A DNA stretch of 64,000 bases from an uncultured Actinomycetes bacterium. GTDB taxonomy: Bacteria > Actinomycetota > Thermoleophilia > Gaiellales > JAICJC01. Of this stretch, positions 60,193-64,000 are shown one piece after another (position 1 is the stretch's first letter; each line of letters starts with the position of its first letter). Location: positions 204,142-268,141 of the forward strand of contig CAVTSO010000025.1 in assembly GCA_963737445.1 (NCBI GenBank), read 5' to 3'. Made by a program: the position numbers and the translations under genes. The notes under the pieces are model-generated. The model did no database searches. It saw only the letters and a program-made list of their open reading frames with translations, and had not been told where the DNA came from.

Positions 60193-61401
60193 TCAGGCCG
60201 CGACCGGCTCCTCGACCAGGCCATCGTCGGTGACGACCGTGGCGCGGGCAGCCCGCATGGCCGGCACCAGAATCGCGGCTGCGAGCACACAGCCGAACGC
60301 GGCCATCAGGTATGCGCCGCGCACGCCGAGCAGGTTGATGACGAACCCGGCGGCCGGGAACGACAGCGAGAACGCGCCCATCGCGGCCGCTTCGCCGGCC
60401 GAGTTCACCCGCGACCGGACGCTGTCCGGCGTGCAGCGCTGGATGATGGTCTGCTCGGCGACGCTGACCGCACCCTCGGCGACGCCGGCCAGGATCATGC
60501 CGGCCATCGCCACCACGAACACCGGCGCGCCGCTGACCACCGCGAACCCGGCGCCGATCAGCAGGCAGCCCCAGATCATCGTCCTGCTCTCCCACCTGCG
60601 CCCTGTCACGCGGCCCAGGAAGGAGCCCGCGATCGCTCCGCCGCCCCAGCAGGCGGCGATCATGCCGTACCCGGCCGCGCCCTGGCCGAACTCGTGCGCC
60701 AGCGGCAGCTCCGCCACGAGCACCGGTCCGAGCAGGAACAGCAGCACCATCCAGGCCACCGTCATGCCGCGCAGCACCGGTGAGTTCCAGACGAACACGA
60801 ACCCGGCCCGCAGCTGGCGATCGTGGTGCTCGGCGCGCTTGCCCGAGAACCGTCCCGACACCGACGCCACCAGCGCGCCCGAGATCAGGAACCCGATGGC
60901 GGAGATGCCGAACACCGCCGCCGAGCCGACGGCCGCGGCCGCCACGCCGCCGACCAGCGGTCCCAGCAGCTGGCCGACGTTGCGGCCGACGGCCAATGTC
61001 GAGTTCGCCCACTCCAGGCGGTCGTCGGCGACCAGGTTGGGCACCGCGGCGCTGGACGCAGGCATGAACGGCGCCTCAGCCAGCCCCACCAGGGCGGCCA
61101 GGCCGACCAGCAGCCACGGCGCGTGCGCGACCACCATCGCCGCGGCGAACGCGGCCGCAGCCAGCTCGGAGACAATCATCACCCGGCGGCGGTCGTAGCG
61201 GTCGCCCAGAGCACCCGCGAGGGGCGCGACCAGGCTGGAGCTGGCGATCGCCGCGAACAGCGCCGCCGACATCCACACCGTCGAGTGGGTGCGCGCGTAG
61301 ATCGCGACCATGAGCGCGATCCATCCGGCCTCGTAGCCGGTGACCGCGACGGCGCGGCTGACGGCGAGACGGCGAATTGCGATGGTGGGTGCAGTGGTCA
61401 C
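60193..61401 (-). CDS. MFS transporter
   Basis: Motif A GALGDRYDRRRVM, about 12 TM segments. Confidence 0.9.
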   Translation of the reverse strand: MTTAPTIAIRRLAVSRAVAVTGYEAGWIALMVAIYARTHSTVWMSAALFAAIASSSLVAPLAGALGDRYDRRRVMIVSELAAAAFAAAMVVAHAPWLLVGLAALVGLAEAPFMPASSAAVPNLVADDRLEWANSTLAVGRNVGQLLGPLVGGVAAAAVGSAAVFGISAIGFLISGALVASVSGRFSGKRAEHHDRQLRAGFVFVWNSPVLRGMTVAWMVLLFLLGPVLVAELPLAHEFGQGAAGYGMIAACWGGGAIAGSFLGRVTGRRWESRTMIWGCLLIGAGFAVVSGAPVFVVAMAGMILAGVAEGAVSVAEQTIIQRCTPDSVRSRVNSAGEAAAMGAFSLSFPAAGFVINLLGVRGAYLMAAFGCVLAAAILVPAMRAARATVVTDDGLVEEPVAA

Positions 61402-61532
61402 GAACGGATCTCCAGGCGAACAGGACGGCGGATAACAGGCGGCACGCGGCCGCGTGCCAGTCAGGTGAGGAGATCGGGTGCCACGATCCGAGTCTAGCAC
61501 AGGGATTCGACGGAATCCCCGGCCGGCTTCAC

Positions 61533-63347
61533 CTAGCCGAGTACGTCGAGGACGCGCTCCGGCTGCCCGAACGGGGCCACCAGGTAGGCGCCGGCGACGA
61601 GCTCGCGGGCCTCGGCCAGCAGCTGCCGCGCCACCGCCACGCCCTCGCGCGCCGCCTGCGCCTCGGCGGCCGCGAACCGTGCCAGCACCGCGTCCGGCAG
61701 TGTGATGCCGGGCACCTCGTTGTGCAGGCGCAGCGCCAGCGCGTGGCTGGTGATCGGCCACAGCCCGACCAGGAGCGGGATCGGCGACGTCCCGCCCAGC
61801 ATGTCCAGCATCGCCCGCAGCGGCTCCAGGTCGAACAGCACCTGGGTCATCGCGAACCGCGCACCGGCCTCCACCTTGCGCCGGAACCGATCCAGCTCAA
61901 CTTCGATGTCGTCGGCCGTCGGATTGACCGCGACGCCGGTGAAGAAGCCGGTGGGCGCGTCCAGGGTCTTCCCAGCACGGTCGGTGCCTCCGTTCAGCGC
62001 CGATACGATCTCGACGAGGCCGATCGCATCAACCTGGTAGGCGGCGTCGGAGCCGCCGTGATCGCCCGGCGGCGGGTAGTCACCGGTCACCGCCAGCAGG
62101 TTTCGGATCCCGCCGGCGTGCGCCCCCAGCAGCTGCGACTCGAGGCCACGGGCGGTGGTGTCGCGCGGCGTCAGGTGCGGGATCGTCTCCACGCCCAGAT
62201 GCTGCTGCACCAGCGTCGAGCTCATCAGGGAGCTCATCCGCGCCCGCGCCATCGGGTTGTCGTTGATGTCGAAGAACTCGACGGAGCCCGCGGCATGGAT
62301 CTCGGCCGCCGTGCCCAGCAGCCGTTCGAGGCTGCCGCCCTTGGGCGGATCCAGCTCGACTGAGACGACCCACTCCCCGGCCGCCAGCCGCCGTGCCAGG
62401 CGGCTCGCATCGGCCTCGGAAGCGGCCGGTGGGGGTGGCGGTGGCTCGCGGCGCGCGAACGTGTAGCGGGCGGGAATATGCTCGTCGACGGCGCGCCGGA
62501 TGGCCGCGACGTGGTGGGGCTGGGTGCCGCAGCAGCCGCCGACCAGCCGTGCACCGAGCGCCACGGCCTGGGCGGCGAACTCGGCGGCGTAGGCCTCCGA
62601 TGCGTCCGGGTAGAGCACCCGGCCGTCCCGGTACATCGGCAGGCCGACGTTGGGCTGCACGGTCAGCGGCGTCGCCGCCGAGCGGCACATCTCGCGCAGG
62701 CCGGCCAGCGCCGACTGCGGTCCCAGGCTGCAGTTGATCCCGACGGCGGCAGCGCCCAGATCTCCCAGCACCCGGGCGGCCTCCTCGCCGCCGGTGCCGG
62801 TGACGGTCTCGCCGTCGTCCTGGACCGTGATCTGCGCGATCACGGGCAGGTGCGTCTGCGCCCGCACCGCATCCAGCGCGACCGTCAGCTCCTCCAGCGA
62901 GGTGAACGTCTCCAGCACGATCAGGTCGACCCCGCGGCCCTCCAGCACGGCCGCCTGGCGTCCGTACAGCCCGGCTCCGCTGGAGCTGGTGCCGCCGACC
63001 ACCTCGACCGACGTCCCCAACGGCCCGATCGAGCCGGCGATCAGCACGTCGCGGCCGGCCACCTCACGCGCGTCGCGGGCGATCTTCGCGCCGGCCGCGT
63101 TGATCTCGTCGACCTGATGCTCGCACCGGTGCGCACCCAGCTTGACCGGGTTGGCGCCGTACGTGTTGGTCTGAATCACGTCGGCGCCGGCCCGGATGAA
63201 GCCCACGTGCGCGGCCAGCACCGCCTCCGGCGCCGCCAGGTTCGCCTCCTCCGGGAAGCGCAGGTCGGGGAGCTCGAGCGAGAGCAGCGAGCCCATGCCG
63301 CCGTCGCCGACCAGCACCCGCTCCGCCAGCCGGGCCGCGACCGTCAC
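61533..63347 (-). CDS. yitJ: Bifunctional homocysteine S-methyltransferase/methylenetetrahydrofolate reductase
   Basis: DGGMG, GADVIQTNTYG, GINC, GGCCGT; MTHFR half VELDPP, LAVTGD, GARFAMTQ. Confidence 0.95.
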   Translation of the reverse strand: MTVAARLAERVLVGDGGMGSLLSLELPDLRFPEEANLAAPEAVLAAHVGFIRAGADVIQTNTYGANPVKLGAHRCEHQVDEINAAGAKIARDAREVAGRDVLIAGSIGPLGTSVEVVGGTSSSGAGLYGRQAAVLEGRGVDLIVLETFTSLEELTVALDAVRAQTHLPVIAQITVQDDGETVTGTGGEEAARVLGDLGAAAVGINCSLGPQSALAGLREMCRSAATPLTVQPNVGLPMYRDGRVLYPDASEAYAAEFAAQAVALGARLVGGCCGTQPHHVAAIRRAVDEHIPARYTFARREPPPPPPAASEADASRLARRLAAGEWVVSVELDPPKGGSLERLLGTAAEIHAAGSVEFFDINDNPMARARMSSLMSSTLVQQHLGVETIPHLTPRDTTARGLESQLLGAHAGGIRNLLAVTGDYPPPGDHGGSDAAYQVDAIGLVEIVSALNGGTDRAGKTLDAPTGFFTGVAVNPTADDIEVELDRFRRKVEAGARFAMTQVLFDLEPLRAMLDMLGGTSPIPLLVGLWPITSHALALRLHNEVPGITLPDAVLARFAAAEAQAAREGVAVARQLLAEARELVAGAYLVAPFGQPERVLDVLG

Positions 63348-63655
63348 ACGAGGCGCCTGACGCAGACCGCCGCCAGCACAGCGACCACCACGACATGCAG
63401 GATCCGCCGCTCCCGCGCGTCGGCCCGGCGACCGCGCACGCTGTCGGTCGAGCGCGCCGAGAGCAGCGAGCGTTTGGAGGCGAACGACAGCACCGATCCG
63501 GCCGAAGCCGCCGATCCGATCGAGAGCATCGATCCGGCCGAGCCGATGGAACCGATCGAGCCGACGGATCCGACCGAGCCGATCGACAGGACCGAGCCAT
63601 CGCTCGCGATCGACAGGATCGAGTCACGCGACCCCAGTGACCATTGCGAGCCCAT
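63344..63655 (-). CDS. Small Ser/Gly tripeptide-repeat protein with C-terminal TM
   Basis: SILSIASDGSVLSIGSVGSVGSIGSIGSAGS; stop overlaps the yitJ start. Confidence 0.7.
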   Translation of the reverse strand: MGSQWSLGSRDSILSIASDGSVLSIGSVGSVGSIGSIGSAGSMLSIGSAASAGSVLSFASKRSLLSARSTDSVRGRRADARERRILHVVVVAVLAAVCVRRLV

Positions 63656-63708
63656 AGCCGGGACTCTAAACGTCTTTGCGGCCTGGGCGGGCCACGCGAT
63701 CAGCTCAC

Positions 63709-64000
63709 CTACGCGCCGTACTCCAGCGCGTGACCCTTCAGCTTGTCGTACTCCTCCGGCCCGATCACGCCGGAGTCCAGCAGCCGCTTGCTGTGCTCGA
63801 TCTGGGCGGCCGCGCTGCGGTTGTAATCGGTGGGCCGATCGTCGGTGTCAAGCGCCGCCTGGCCCTTCGAGCTGCGGTCGAACGTACGCTGGGCGATGCC
63901 GTCGCCGTGGACGTACAGGTAGCTGATCAGGCTGATGATCGGAACCACCAGCCAGAACACGAACCAGACCGCCTTCTTCGGGCCCGAGACGTCGTGGCGG
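63709..64000 (-). CDS. SHOCT-domain membrane protein (5' end outside the window)
   Basis: RHDVSGPKKAVW followed by a TM segment, then AQIEHSKRLLDSGVIGPEEYDKLK. Confidence 0.8.
   Translation of the reverse strand, partial: RHDVSGPKKAVWFVFWLVVPIISLISYLYVHGDGIAQRTFDRSSKGQAALDTDDRPTDYNRSAAAQIEHSKRLLDSGVIGPEEYDKLKGHALEYGA

Noticed and set aside
55664-61198. Long plus-strand ORFs (695 aa, 860 aa) and many similar shadow ORFs across the window
   Set aside because: They are antisense to well-supported genes, which is expected in high-GC DNA where stop codons are rare.
63470-63630. Short periodic repeats as a possible CRISPR array
   Set aside because: They are degenerate 9-nt coding repeats with no repeat-spacer structure, and no cas genes are present.
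63655-63709. SAM or cobalamin riboswitch upstream of the yitJ unit
   Set aside because: The gap is too short and has no consensus motif.

Overview
High-GC actinobacterial DNA, probably Thermoleophilia/Gaiellales-like (inferred from gene content), with about 65 genes. I see no rRNA, intact tRNA, CRISPR array or transposase. About a dozen otherwise normal genes carry single-base frameshifts, which suggests uncorrected long-read assembly errors. Layout: 1-11.7 kb is a mix of redox, repair and hypothetical genes, followed by a stand-alone ftsH. 13.7-33.6 kb is a catabolic island combining sugar-acid enzymes (IlvD-family, DgoD-like and UxuA dehydratases, lactonase, SDRs, isomerase, RraA aldolase) with C-N-acting enzymes, an APC permease, a metallophosphoesterase, a nucleotidyltransferase-like gene and a LacI regulator. 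Four copies of a TTGAWCGWTCAA operator lie at its promoters. 34.5-46.8 kb encodes secreted/surface proteins: a phosphoesterase, a two-domain cyanophycinase-like protein, two TadG-like pilins around an ECF sigma pair, and two BNR propellers. 47-64 kb holds metabolic and transport genes, including an AraC/acyl-CoA-dehydrogenase-like/cupin/aldehyde dehydrogenase cluster and yitJ. Most notable signals: an in-frame UGA followed by a SECIS-like hairpin that joins two hypothetical ORFs (candidate uncharacterised selenoprotein, 52921-53620); the LacI regulon and its APC/phosphoesterase/nucleotidyltransferase module; a 184-bp MITE-like element with perfect 20-bp terminal inverted repeats; and a degenerate tRNA 3' half (possible att scar) near the left edge.
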